From: a virus
Lineage: Duplodnaviria > Caudoviricetes
IMG/VR virus record: IMGVR_UViG_3300017914_002346
Direction: 5' to 3' (one strand)
DNA: 64,000 nucleotides
The translations under genes and the position numbers were made by a program. Below are positions 10,242-19,913 of the stretch, piece by piece. Each line of letters starts with the position of its first letter. The first letter of the stretch is position 1. Below the pieces are notes generated by a model, which worked only from the letters and a program-made list of their open reading frames with translations, had not been told where the DNA came from and did no database searches.

Positions 10242-11586
10242 AATAACTATCGTGTTTAAAATGAGACTTCCATTCAGGAAAGTATTTTAAAATATTATCG
10301 CCTCTGTTTTTGTCTCTTCTTATTATAGATGCTATCATTTGATGATATCTTAATTCATCAAACTCAGCTCTTTCTAGATAATCAATAACTTTACCTAGCT
10401 TTTCAACTACATCATAACTATTATTATACAATCTATTTAAGTGATGTTCTCTAATGTCTGGAGGTAAACTTTTAAGAGTAAACCAAGCGGGTCTTCCTAT
10501 ATGCATATAAGAGGGTTCTACACCAAACTCTAAAGCGCCTTTTAGTATTTCATCTGCATAACCTGAATTTATAGGATTAATAGTAGGGTTAAAACCAATA
10601 TTTACATTTGGTATCTTACTTATCTTTTTAATGTTAGTAAACACTTCATTCCAATCAGAAGGCCATCTTATATAATTATTTTTTTCGCCCCATAGTTCTA
10701 GAGAGCATCTATAAATTACGCTCTTAAACTTTGATAGTAGTTCATAGATATAATCAGGATTAGGATGGCCAAAATTATTTGAGAAGCAAAAGATAGTTAT
10801 ATCTTTAGCCCATCCTTCTTCTACACATTTCTCTAGCACTCTAACATTCTTTTTAATTAACCAAGTCTCACCACCTATAAGCTGAATACGTTTAGTTTTT
10901 TCTACTAACTTCCAAAAGTCGTCCATATCTAAATTATGATCGTTGTGAGTAATAAGAGGAGGAGTCCAAGGCATTTTCATATCAGCTCTTTGTTCTGATC
11001 TGTGAAGAATATCTTCTTCCGTCATTTCTCCTATATCCATAAGTTCTTGAGCTACTCCAGATGAATCTTCTGGTGAACACATTAGACATTGAAGGTTACA
11101 AAAATTACCCCAAGTCTTAATACGAATAGTATGAACGGTTTTAGGTATAGGATATTCTTTACCTTTGTTCTCTTCAACATACTTGACTAATCTAGCAAGT
11201 TCTTTTCTTGTATCTTCATCCTTTTCAACAGGTTGGTTACTTTGCATTCTAGTACTAACATGACCGTTAGTTTCTGTTTCAATACAACGTGAACAAACTC
11301 TTTCTATCATATCAGTAGAATGACCATGTACCATTTCTTCTCTTAGTTTAAATAGTTCTGGTTCATTCCAAATATCATCTAACTTTATAGTTGAGATATG
11401 TTTTTTAACACATACTGTAGTATTAGAACAAGGATGAGGAAGACCATAATTTGAAACATATAAATTAATAAATGGCTGCGCACAAAACCATTTTTCATCT
11501 TTAGTTAAATTTTCTAGCATTTTTTTATAGTTAGGTTTTTCCTTGCTAGTAGGAGACATATTACCTAAATAATCATACTCTTCCAA
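10231..11586 (-). CDS. Radical SAM protein with N-terminal SPASM/Twitch-like domain
   Basis: N-terminal CAQPF..PC..CSRC; CNLQCLMC; GGE motif. Confidence 0.88.
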   Translation of the reverse strand: MEEYDYLGNMSPTSKEKPNYKKMLENLTKDEKWFCAQPFINLYVSNYGLPHPCSNTTVCVKKHISTIKLDDIWNEPELFKLREEMVHGHSTDMIERVCSRCIETETNGHVSTRMQSNQPVEKDEDTRKELARLVKYVEENKGKEYPIPKTVHTIRIKTWGNFCNLQCLMCSPEDSSGVAQELMDIGEMTEEDILHRSEQRADMKMPWTPPLITHNDHNLDMDDFWKLVEKTKRIQLIGGETWLIKKNVRVLEKCVEEGWAKDITIFCFSNNFGHPNPDYIYELLSKFKSVIYRCSLELWGEKNNYIRWPSDWNEVFTNIKKISKIPNVNIGFNPTINPINSGYADEILKGALEFGVEPSYMHIGRPAWFTLKSLPPDIREHHLNRLYNNSYDVVEKLGKVIDYLERAEFDELRYHQMIASIIRRDKNRGDNILKYFPEWKSHFKHDSYYDL

Positions 11587-12157
11587 TTACCATAAACCTT
11601 TTGTAAATATCAAAATCTAATTCATCTTCATAGAATACTTTTTTAATATTATATTGTTTGTTAAGTTCCTCATAACTCTTAACACAATTAATATGTTCTT
11701 GTATTTCTGTGTAGTTATTGCTTTGTAATAAAACTATACCTGATTCTATGTTTAATGGTTTCATATGCTCACATGAAGTGCATATTATAAGTTTTCTATT
11801 ACCTGAGAAAGTAATATTAGTAGCATCTTGTAGTTTGTAATTTATTTTTTTGTCAAGAGGAAAATAATAGTTCTTACATATCTCTATCGCTGTTTCGTCT
11901 ACCTCATAAAAATTAATTAGTATATCATTAAACAGTTCTCTTATTATTGGAATAATTTGATGACCGTACCACCCTCCAATAACCTCAACTCTGTCTAGAG
12001 GAGAGTTTTGTATCTTTTTATCTCTTACTTTAGTCAATTCTCTTTTAAGCCAATACTTACTTTCAATCTGTTTAGAATCAAAAGATTGTGCTATATCAGC
12101 TGCTCTCATAGGATATCTTTTAAGCACTTTTTGAGTAGTACTATCTATAGTAAACAT
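11573..12157 (-). CDS. Class I SAM-dependent methyltransferase-like protein
   Basis: VIGGWYG glycine loop, acidic residue after strand 2 (YEVD), CTSCEHM. Confidence 0.6.
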   Translation of the reverse strand: MFTIDSTTQKVLKRYPMRAADIAQSFDSKQIESKYWLKRELTKVRDKKIQNSPLDRVEVIGGWYGHQIIPIIRELFNDILINFYEVDETAIEICKNYYFPLDKKINYKLQDATNITFSGNRKLIICTSCEHMKPLNIESGIVLLQSNNYTEIQEHINCVKSYEELNKQYNIKKVFYEDELDFDIYKRFMVIGRV

Positions 12158-12860
12158 CCATACCCTTTAACATTTCATCTTCTGTAAATTGTTTGTCCAA
12201 TCCGTTGAGTAAACAAACTTTTCTTTCTGGTCTGTCAAACATATTAATTCTTAAATCATTTTTATATTTGTTAGTTACTATTTGACCATTAGTTTCACCA
12301 TCTCCGTACACTCTAGAATAAAACCATTCTTCAGGAAACGTTTCTATATGCTCTCTAAGTTCTCTTTCCCAATATAAAAATCTATCTATACCTTTGTACT
12401 TAAGCATAAAAAATTCATCATCTTTACGAAAGTATTCCCATATAAAATCTAAAGTGTCTGCTTCCCATATCAAACAGCTTGAGTTTCTTCTCATATCAAA
12501 ATTTTCTTCATTTAATACACTTTCAGGTTTCCAATAAGAAGAAATTTTGCAAAGACCTTTAGTTTTAAAATTAGCTATCTCATCAATATTATTTTGAATT
12601 ATTACATCTAAATCAAAGAATAAACACTTACCTTTCAGATTACCAAAACCTTTTTCAAACATTGCTAACTTATTCCACCAAACTTCAAGGTTATTATGTT
12701 TGATAGGAATAATATTAATATCTTTAAGGTTGCTACTATCTTCTGTTAAACAATAAAAATTAAAAGGTAAAGTTAAGTTCTTTTTAACCATGTAATGTAA
12801 TCTGTTTACATGTTCATAGTTGTATTTGTCACCCCATTTTACACAAATAACATTAATCAT
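12141..12860 (-). CDS. Glycosyltransferase (GT-A fold)
   Basis: VICVKWGDKY, WWNKL, DxD motif FFDLD, NSS. Confidence 0.78.
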   Translation of the reverse strand: MINVICVKWGDKYNYEHVNRLHYMVKKNLTLPFNFYCLTEDSSNLKDINIIPIKHNNLEVWWNKLAMFEKGFGNLKGKCLFFDLDVIIQNNIDEIANFKTKGLCKISSYWKPESVLNEENFDMRRNSSCLIWEADTLDFIWEYFRKDDEFFMLKYKGIDRFLYWERELREHIETFPEEWFYSRVYGDGETNGQIVTNKYKNDLRINMFDRPERKVCLLNGLDKQFTEDEMLKGMDVYYR

Positions 12861-13479
12861 TTTCTATATCTTCTATCATACTCTCCCACATACCTTTATG
12901 AGGTAATACAAAACTGCATGTAAGTCTATGTTCATCAAAACCTCTAGCTGTATGCCAAAAAATATCTTCTTCTTTAAAACCAAAATAACCAGCTTTAGCT
13001 GACCAACCTACAGGGTCATTTAATGTAATAATTTCTTTAGTTTTAGGGTCTTGGTATCGAAAAAAACCGTTGCCTTTTAAACTGTAAGAGAGTATAATAT
13101 TATATCCATGACAGTTTTCGTTTGTATGCCATCCAATGAAACCGTTAGGAGGATAAACCATCATAAGAGAGCTAAACTTAGAACCTAATACGTCATTAAT
13201 TCTAGTTTTATACTCTTCAAACTCTTCATAAAGGTGAGTAAATTTATATTGAGAAGTAAAAAGAAAATCATAACCAAAACTATCTAAAGGAAAGCCTTCA
13301 TGTTTACTATCAAGTTTAGTTTTCTCTAAACACTCTATACTTACAGCTTCATCAACGTTGCTCGCATTGCGCCAGTGTTGTTCATAACCTATCTTAGATA
13401 AATCTAGATTGTAGACTAAATCGCTATATTCGTTAAGTACTGATAGTAGTTCTTTATTTTTAATAATAACGTTTTTCAT
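12853..13479 (-). CDS. Putative cupin / 2OG-Fe(II) oxygenase-like protein
   Basis: YPPNGFIGWHTN and FWHTARG..R double-stranded beta-helix pattern. Confidence 0.5.
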   Translation of the reverse strand: MKNVIIKNKELLSVLNEYSDLVYNLDLSKIGYEQHWRNASNVDEAVSIECLEKTKLDSKHEGFPLDSFGYDFLFTSQYKFTHLYEEFEEYKTRINDVLGSKFSSLMMVYPPNGFIGWHTNENCHGYNIILSYSLKGNGFFRYQDPKTKEIITLNDPVGWSAKAGYFGFKEEDIFWHTARGFDEHRLTCSFVLPHKGMWESMIEDIEND

Positions 13480-14120
13480 ATCGTGTGATGTAGTAAAACT
13501 ATCTCTTTATCTGTTTCTTCTTTTTTATACAAGTGTACAAAGTTCCATCTCGCGTCTAACTCTTTAATTTTTAGTTTATATTTCTTATTAAGATGCCAAA
13601 ATGTATACTGATCCCATCTTTTAATATTATCTGGTTTATCTATAAATTTTTCTGGATTTGATATTTGTAGGTTATAATTATCCCACCACATTTTCATAAA
13701 CCAATTTATATCTTTACGAAAGATAAACATACCACAGTGCCAAGTTAAGTTATCATATCCATGATTAAAATAGTATTGTGAAGCTGCATACTCTCTAATT
13801 TTAGTAAGTGCTATATCATAATTACCAAGTTCATCGAAAACATTTTCTATATCTGAATTAATACATTCCATGTCAGCATCTAAATAACAACACAGATCAT
13901 ATGATGTATTGTATAAACTGTATAGTTTAGTTCTTTTGTTTACAGGGCAATCAGTTACTATATTAACGTATTTTTTATCTGAAGAATTTACGAATCGTTC
14001 TTCAGTAAAAAGAGTAATATTAGCATCCTTATAATAATCAAGAATACTATCTATTAGTAACATAGCTGAAGTGTAATATTTTTTATCTAAGGTAGCAGAT
14101 AAAACAAAGCCGTTAGTCAT
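13476..14120 (-). CDS. Glycosyltransferase (GT8-like)
   Basis: DxD motif YLDAD, WDQ, RWNF, terminal HHT; likely start MTNGFV at 14120. Confidence 0.75.
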   Translation of the reverse strand: MTNGFVLSATLDKKYYTSAMLLIDSILDYYKDANITLFTEERFVNSSDKKYVNIVTDCPVNKRTKLYSLYNTSYDLCCYLDADMECINSDIENVFDELGNYDIALTKIREYAASQYYFNHGYDNLTWHCGMFIFRKDINWFMKMWWDNYNLQISNPEKFIDKPDNIKRWDQYTFWHLNKKYKLKIKELDARWNFVHLYKKEETDKEIVLLHHTI

Positions 14121-14547
14121 TCCTATAGCTTTCTGAAACAATAGCAGATGCGTATGCGTATGCTTCAGAAATATTTTTAGCTTTTCTTAACTTGCTTTTT
14201 AAAATTCTATTCTGTGAAGCTTTAACTTCTTCGATTTCAAATAACTCAAGTTTTTTATTAAACAACTCTTCCTGCTCGTTGTTTTGTTTAATAACTTTTT
14301 CTTTTTCTTCTGATTTTGGCTTTTTTCTATTCCAATGCATTTCACTATGCTGTGTAATAGTTTCTTCTCCAAACTGAGAAATAATTTTTGCAAAATCGGG
14401 ATTAATAGAACCTGTATCGGTTAACTTATTAACAATTGTATAAACACTTTGAACTCCACCCTCAGGTGTAGTAGTCTCTAACATACAATGTATCATTTCT
14501 TTTTTTTCATTATCAAAAATAGGGTTTGTATAAACCATTCCGCTCAT
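14113..14547 (-). CDS. Hypothetical protein
   Basis: ORF coupled by an ATGA overlap to the upstream structural gene. Confidence 0.7.
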   Translation of the reverse strand: MSGMVYTNPIFDNEKKEMIHCMLETTTPEGGVQSVYTIVNKLTDTGSINPDFAKIISQFGEETITQHSEMHWNRKKPKSEEKEKVIKQNNEQEELFNKKLELFEIEEVKASQNRILKSKLRKAKNISEAYAYASAIVSESYRND

Positions 14548-15440
14548 CCTGTTCTTCTCCATAATTTATATACTGTGTTGTCGCTTGAAGTAGTAAGAAT
14601 AGTGTTACCTGTATAATACCCGGTAAAAGTACCATAGTTAACACCTGCATAGTAAAGTATGTAGTTACCTGAGTAAGCTACGTTACCTTGATCTTTTAAT
14701 GTATCTTTAACGTCCACACCCGCTTGTACCCATGTACCTGTAGCTGGTGCTGTAGGTTGAAAAGCATACGTACCGATTAATTTAGTTTGAATAATGTTTG
14801 CTAATCTAGCTGATAGAGACTGTATTTCACTATCACCCATTTCTATTAGACCTGGACCTGAGGAATCATTAATCTTTAACGGTCTTTGACCACCATCTAT
14901 TTCTGAAATACCAGGACCTGTACTTTGTTGTAAGTAGTATGTAACTGATGTTCCATCTACTTGTGTATCAGTTAAAGTACCTCTTTGTGTATGATTAGCA
15001 ACAGATGCTGAGGTAGAGAAAGTATAAACACCATAAGCTGTACCAGCAGCTATTTTGTTGAGACAAGTTTGAAGAATAGTCGAATCTAAGCTGTTATCAT
15101 TAGATTCAATTAAACCTACCGCAACATTACTATCACTATCTATTTCAACAGGTCTAATAATATTAGACTCGTCATCTGAGTCTGTAACTTGATAAAGAGT
15201 TGTAGTAGTACTTGATGTTGATCCTGTAGCTGGATGAGTACCTACCGCTTCAGTTCTAACAGCATTAACGTATGAGCCAATACTAACCTTACCTGTAGCT
15301 GAACCTCCTACAGTTAAAGTTGCGCATGTATTATTCTGAGAGAAATTCAATAATACTAAATCAGCAATGTAACTTAGATCGCTATCTTGTGCTTCAATTA
15401 CACCGCCATTGTTTAAATCAATTACTACTGGTCTTGCCAT
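14544..15440 (-). CDS. Putative virion structural protein with three internal repeats
   Basis: T/S/G-rich; RP(V/L)xI..G(V/L)IExxD three times; DSD motifs. Confidence 0.6.
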   Translation of the reverse strand: MARPVVIDLNNGGVIEAQDSDLSYIADLVLLNFSQNNTCATLTVGGSATGKVSIGSYVNAVRTEAVGTHPATGSTSSTTTTLYQVTDSDDESNIIRPVEIDSDSNVAVGLIESNDNSLDSTILQTCLNKIAAGTAYGVYTFSTSASVANHTQRGTLTDTQVDGTSVTYYLQQSTGPGISEIDGGQRPLKINDSSGPGLIEMGDSEIQSLSARLANIIQTKLIGTYAFQPTAPATGTWVQAGVDVKDTLKDQGNVAYSGNYILYYAGVNYGTFTGYYTGNTILTTSSDNTVYKLWRRTG

Positions 15441-15450
15441 AATCTAATCC

Positions 15451-16584
15451 TTAAGGTGTATCTGAATCGTGTTGTAATACACTTCCAGAAAATGCTGTGC
15501 TACCATCTACTCTCTTAATAGTAAATCTTTGAGGATGAGTAAAGGTGCTTCCCGCAAAAGTAATCTCACTATCTATATTAAGCTTTCCTACTGATAATTT
15601 ATTACCTTGAGCAGAAGAAGACCAAATTTTTCTCCAAATAGCATATAAAAGATTACCATTACCATCTGAATCATATACTACATATTTTTGAGCTACTAAA
15701 CTATCACTATCAGTAGTTCTAATATTGTATTGATAATCAGAATCATCTGTAATTGATGTATCTAACCAATACAATTCTCCTTGTTCAGAGTCTTTATTTT
15801 GTATCCACAAGTTACCAATATTTAAAGCTTTTTCGGGCGGTGTGTTCTTTACAATAGGAATATTGTTAAGCTCAATTATTTCGTATTCTTCTCTAGGATT
15901 ACGTTGAGCTATTTTATGACCTGATGCAACTGAACCTGCAAAGTCAGTTAAGAATATTGTTGAACCTGAATGTGAGATTAACCTACCATTACCTAATGTT
16001 CTTCTTACACCACCACCCTGATCTTGATCAAAGTCAATAATAGTACTAGCTGAAGTATTAGTTAGAGAAGGTGTGCCTGAAAGATTAACTCTAAGAATAG
16101 TTTTTGTAGTAAAGTCAATATATCTGGCAAAGTCTGAATCTTGTGTAAATGTTGCTGTACCTGTTGAATTATAATATGTTACAGAATTAGATGTAGAAGA
16201 AACATTAGAAGCTCCTACCTCTGCTGTAGCTGCATTTTTAATTTGAGTAACTACATCAGCAATCACAGTATCAGAATCAATGTTTAATGATTTAGCATTA
16301 CCATTAATATTATATCCTAATGTAATTGTATCTGAATCATAATCAACATCTTGAATAGTAATAACAAAACCAGCATTTTGATTGAATGTAGTTACTGTTT
16401 GCGAGTATTGAAATGAAGTAAATCTTTGTCTCTTAGTATACAATTTCCTCGTAATGAGGTTCATTGCAATTTCACCTTCAAGCACTTGACTTGGAAGTGG
16501 TTGACCTTCTCCGTTTACACCGTTAATTCTAGCTCTTCGGTGTTGTACGAAACCTCTTTGAATTTGGGTATCACTATCAATCAT
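15451..16584 (-). CDS. Putative tail fibre / fibre-associated protein
   Basis: N-terminal QHRR..P..GEIAMN..KLY motif typical of T4 gp36/gp37-type fibre N-termini; 8 DSD. Confidence 0.65.
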   Translation of the reverse strand: MIDSDTQIQRGFVQHRRARINGVNGEGQPLPSQVLEGEIAMNLITRKLYTKRQRFTSFQYSQTVTTFNQNAGFVITIQDVDYDSDTITLGYNINGNAKSLNIDSDTVIADVVTQIKNAATAEVGASNVSSTSNSVTYYNSTGTATFTQDSDFARYIDFTTKTILRVNLSGTPSLTNTSASTIIDFDQDQGGGVRRTLGNGRLISHSGSTIFLTDFAGSVASGHKIAQRNPREEYEIIELNNIPIVKNTPPEKALNIGNLWIQNKDSEQGELYWLDTSITDDSDYQYNIRTTDSDSLVAQKYVVYDSDGNGNLLYAIWRKIWSSSAQGNKLSVGKLNIDSEITFAGSTFTHPQRFTIKRVDGSTAFSGSVLQHDSDTP

Positions 16585-17980
16585 CTACTCTTGCTCCTGG
16601 CACTAATAACTGAACCATACCTGGAAAAGGATCATCAGCAATTAAAATAATATTACCTGTTTGATCAACTATAGAACCTGTAGTAACTTGTTTATAAACT
16701 TGGCTTGGATTAGCATCTGCAAAACCATTGTATATAACAGGTCTACCTTTTCCGTCAGAGTCTAAATCTGGAGAGTTAGTAAATGCTCCGTCTGAGTCTC
16801 TACCAAATACAGCTTTTAGTCTTTTAAATTTATCTCTATTAGAAGATGTTTCTTGCTCTGTATTAATGTAATCATACAAGAAAGTATTAATTTGATTTAG
16901 AGCTTCTGAATCTGTTTTAGAAGCAGTCATTCTTCTATAGACTTGAAAAACTGGCTGAGATGTAGCATCATCAATATCATTTTGTTTTGATGTAGGAGCT
17001 ACAGGTAGTATATACTGACCGTTAAGTAACTCTAATTCTCCACCAACTGTTAAGTTAGGTTTATTCCATTCAATCCAATCAGCTGATTCAAAATTATCTT
17101 GTCTAGCATTCATTACTTGTTGTGTGCTAGTAAGTGTAGTTCTTCTTAGAATCCAACCAGTATCAGGACCCTGATATGTAAAGATCATAGTATTGTCTTG
17201 TGCAGTGCTAAAGTTCACATAAGATCTTCCACTACTATCTACAAATTTTTGATCTAACTTTGGATAAGTTGTAATTACATCAGAGTCAATATAGGTTTGA
17301 TCTGTAAAGTTTACTCTCTTATATACAGGGTAAAACTTTTCACCGTTATGATCAGTAATAGCAACTGCATCTGAATCAGGATATGAACCTGATGCTTCAG
17401 GTGTGTTAGTTTTCCATTCAGTTACTTGAGCAGTTTTTCTAAACTCATATGGTGTAGTCCAAAAAGAAATATTTTTATGCTGCCATGATGAAAACGAATC
17501 TCTAATTTCTACAACATCACCAGCTCTTGCTAAAGGTAAAACCATATGTACTGTTCTACCTGCAGAAACTTCTCTCAAGTCAGCTGTAATTCTTTCACCT
17601 CTAGATAAGAAATACCATTCACTATCTCTATAGATATCTGGAATACCATCAGCATTTGAATCTACAAACACACTTTCACTATCTACACCATAACCATAAT
17701 TATTAATAGAATCTTTAGGTGTTGCAGGTCCACCTGATTTAAACTGTACAATAGTGTATTTTCCTGCAGGGTGCAATTCACCAACTTTATATTCATAATC
17801 CTGAAACGGTCTTCTATATCCATAGAAAGCATTATTAGGATCATTGCCTATCGGGTTATCACCAAAGTTAGAATAAATGTCAGCAAACAGGTTATTGATT
17901 TTCTGTCCACCTCTACGAGCAGAATCACCTGTACCTGAATCTGGTGTTACACCTAAATTAATTAAATCTCTTGCAGCCAT
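16577..17980 (-). CDS. Baseplate wedge gp9/gp10-like protein
   Basis: INLGVTPDSGTGDSARRGGQKINNLF N-terminal motif; LP..GDVVEIRD..SW motif. Confidence 0.7.
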   Translation of the reverse strand: MAARDLINLGVTPDSGTGDSARRGGQKINNLFADIYSNFGDNPIGNDPNNAFYGYRRPFQDYEYKVGELHPAGKYTIVQFKSGGPATPKDSINNYGYGVDSESVFVDSNADGIPDIYRDSEWYFLSRGERITADLREVSAGRTVHMVLPLARAGDVVEIRDSFSSWQHKNISFWTTPYEFRKTAQVTEWKTNTPEASGSYPDSDAVAITDHNGEKFYPVYKRVNFTDQTYIDSDVITTYPKLDQKFVDSSGRSYVNFSTAQDNTMIFTYQGPDTGWILRRTTLTSTQQVMNARQDNFESADWIEWNKPNLTVGGELELLNGQYILPVAPTSKQNDIDDATSQPVFQVYRRMTASKTDSEALNQINTFLYDYINTEQETSSNRDKFKRLKAVFGRDSDGAFTNSPDLDSDGKGRPVIYNGFADANPSQVYKQVTTGSIVDQTGNIILIADDPFPGMVQLLVPGARVDD

Positions 17981-17984
17981 ATTT

Positions 17985-17991
17985 TATTTAT
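17985..17991 (-). promoter_or_regulatory. Late promoter ATAAATA, 4 nt before ATG 17980
   Basis: T4-type late -10 element. Confidence 0.7.
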
Positions 17992-17994
17992 TTC

Positions 17995-18861
17995 CTATAT
18001 TAAGCCAAAATCGCGAACAACCTTAACAATGTTTCCATCTGAGTCACTTAAGTTTAGAACTGTAGGACCTATTCTATAATCACTGTCAAGTACTGCATCT
18101 GAGTCAGAAGCTGTTACATTTACAAATCCAACCTCAGAACCTATAATATTAGAAGCTCTAGTTAAAGTATCAAGCTCTGGAGATCTTCCATCTGAATCTC
18201 TTCCTGGGATAGCTAACATTGCTCTTGAATCAAAAATTACATTTGATGTTACAGCTGGGCCCCATAGATAAATTTTAGCAGTAAATTCAAAAGTCCATTC
18301 TACTAATCTTCTATCTCCCAAATCACCTGTCCAATCATCAGCCCATGTAGCAGCTGTCAATATGATAGGTAGGTCATAAGTATTAGTAGGAATTGGAGTA
18401 TCAGAATCGTTATCTAATGGAAAGTTTCTAACTCTAACAGTGTAAGCAGGAGTAAAGAAGGGTAATATTTGTTCTGCTATTTGCCAACCATCATTTAAAT
18501 TTTTAGTTGTAAGATACATAGTAAAATCTAAATTGTACGGAGTAGGTGAATGTACTCTCTGTCTTGGTATACCTAAAGTATCAGGTGTTCTAATTACAGT
18601 TTGTTTGTTAGTAATCTTTCTATCAATATCATAATTCATAGCAACTACTTCATATGACATTCTAGGAAGAAGTTTCTCAAACATTTCTTCTTCTCTTTCA
18701 AATTGTTTTTGAGCTTCTAACCATTTTTGTCTAGGGCCATAAGCTATTGGCACCGGTACAAACTTACCATCTCTTCTTTTAATTACAATATTATTAAACA
18801 AGCTGCCAAAGACAGCAACAGCTGATTTAATAGTTTCGTTATAAAAGTGTTGCCCTATCAT
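17995..18861 (-). CDS. gp15: Tail sheath stabilizer / terminator
   Basis: FYNETIK..FGSLFNNI..VPIAYGP..LPRMSYE..QILPFFTP. Confidence 0.93.
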   Translation of the reverse strand: MIGQHFYNETIKSAVAVFGSLFNNIVIKRRDGKFVPVPIAYGPRQKWLEAQKQFEREEEMFEKLLPRMSYEVVAMNYDIDRKITNKQTVIRTPDTLGIPRQRVHSPTPYNLDFTMYLTTKNLNDGWQIAEQILPFFTPAYTVRVRNFPLDNDSDTPIPTNTYDLPIILTAATWADDWTGDLGDRRLVEWTFEFTAKIYLWGPAVTSNVIFDSRAMLAIPGRDSDGRSPELDTLTRASNIIGSEVGFVNVTASDSDAVLDSDYRIGPTVLNLSDSDGNIVKVVRDFGLI

Positions 18862-19913
18862 TAGATTTCATCTATATTATTAATTACACCGGCGTATCCA
18901 AACGCCTCAGCTGTGTAGTCTTTATCCACTACCTTAGCTTTTTCTTTTAGAGGTTTACCTTCATTGTCATACTTAGTTTCTAATTGTGCACGTTCTTCTA
19001 TATGCATGTTTTCAGCCCAAGTATCAAAATGATCATCGCTATCATCAGCAATATTAAGATTCTTAGTATCCGAATCTGTAAGTTCAAGACCCGACTTCGC
19101 TCTAGCAATCGGTCCAGTGTCTGAATCAATGAGGTTAGCTTGTGTTCCATCCTTCTTATATTCCACAACTCTAGGGTTAAATTCGAGGTCTTCACCGCTA
19201 AGCTCAAACAATCTACATCTTAATTTATATTGATAATTGTCTCCTATTTGATAAAAAGCACCGTCATGATAAGTTGTAACTCTTAAAATTTCAAATACTT
19301 TAGGAATATACTGCTCTTTGTTTTGTGCTGATCTACCAAAAGGGATTACAACTAAGTCACCTTCTAGAGGTCTAGATCTTTTAAATGTTTCTGCGTCATC
19401 ACTATCACCAGCAACTTTTAAGTCTGAATCAAAATTATTATATAAGTTTTCAAAATTGTTAATAGCTACTGAAAGAATAACTTCTTCTCTAAACTCAATA
19501 CCATAAGTAGTCATTACATCGCCTTCACCTTCAAAACCAGCAGCTGCAACTAATAACATATCCATTTGTAGACCTCTATGAAATCTACTTTCTGGTCTTT
19601 CATTCCAAACATTATCTGTATAAGGAGAAGAACGAGGCATATAACGAACGGTAATACCGTTTACGTTAATAGACTCTCTTATCATATTTTGAATTAGTCT
19701 TTGTTCGTTTGTCGAGAAACGAGAAGAGGCTCCGAACTGGTTAATATAGCCATCGATATAAGTATTTCTAATGCCTGCTGAGATGGCATAGTCGCTATTG
19801 ACTTTTTGTATCGATCTGTTGAGATTAACGCCGAAGTCTGAATCATTGTCAGCATTGTTTAAGTCTGTTGTAGACGCTAATGTAAAACCTGAATAGTTGT
19901 TCTTTATTGCCAT
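18861..19913 (-). CDS. gp14: Neck protein
   Basis: EQRLIQNMIRESI..G..YMPR, RPLEGDLV, FYQIG..YKLRCRLFE. Confidence 0.9.
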   Translation of the reverse strand: MAIKNNYSGFTLASTTDLNNADNDSDFGVNLNRSIQKVNSDYAISAGIRNTYIDGYINQFGASSRFSTNEQRLIQNMIRESINVNGITVRYMPRSSPYTDNVWNERPESRFHRGLQMDMLLVAAAGFEGEGDVMTTYGIEFREEVILSVAINNFENLYNNFDSDLKVAGDSDDAETFKRSRPLEGDLVVIPFGRSAQNKEQYIPKVFEILRVTTYHDGAFYQIGDNYQYKLRCRLFELSGEDLEFNPRVVEYKKDGTQANLIDSDTGPIARAKSGLELTDSDTKNLNIADDSDDHFDTWAENMHIEERAQLETKYDNEGKPLKEKAKVVDKDYTAEAFGYAGVINNIDEI

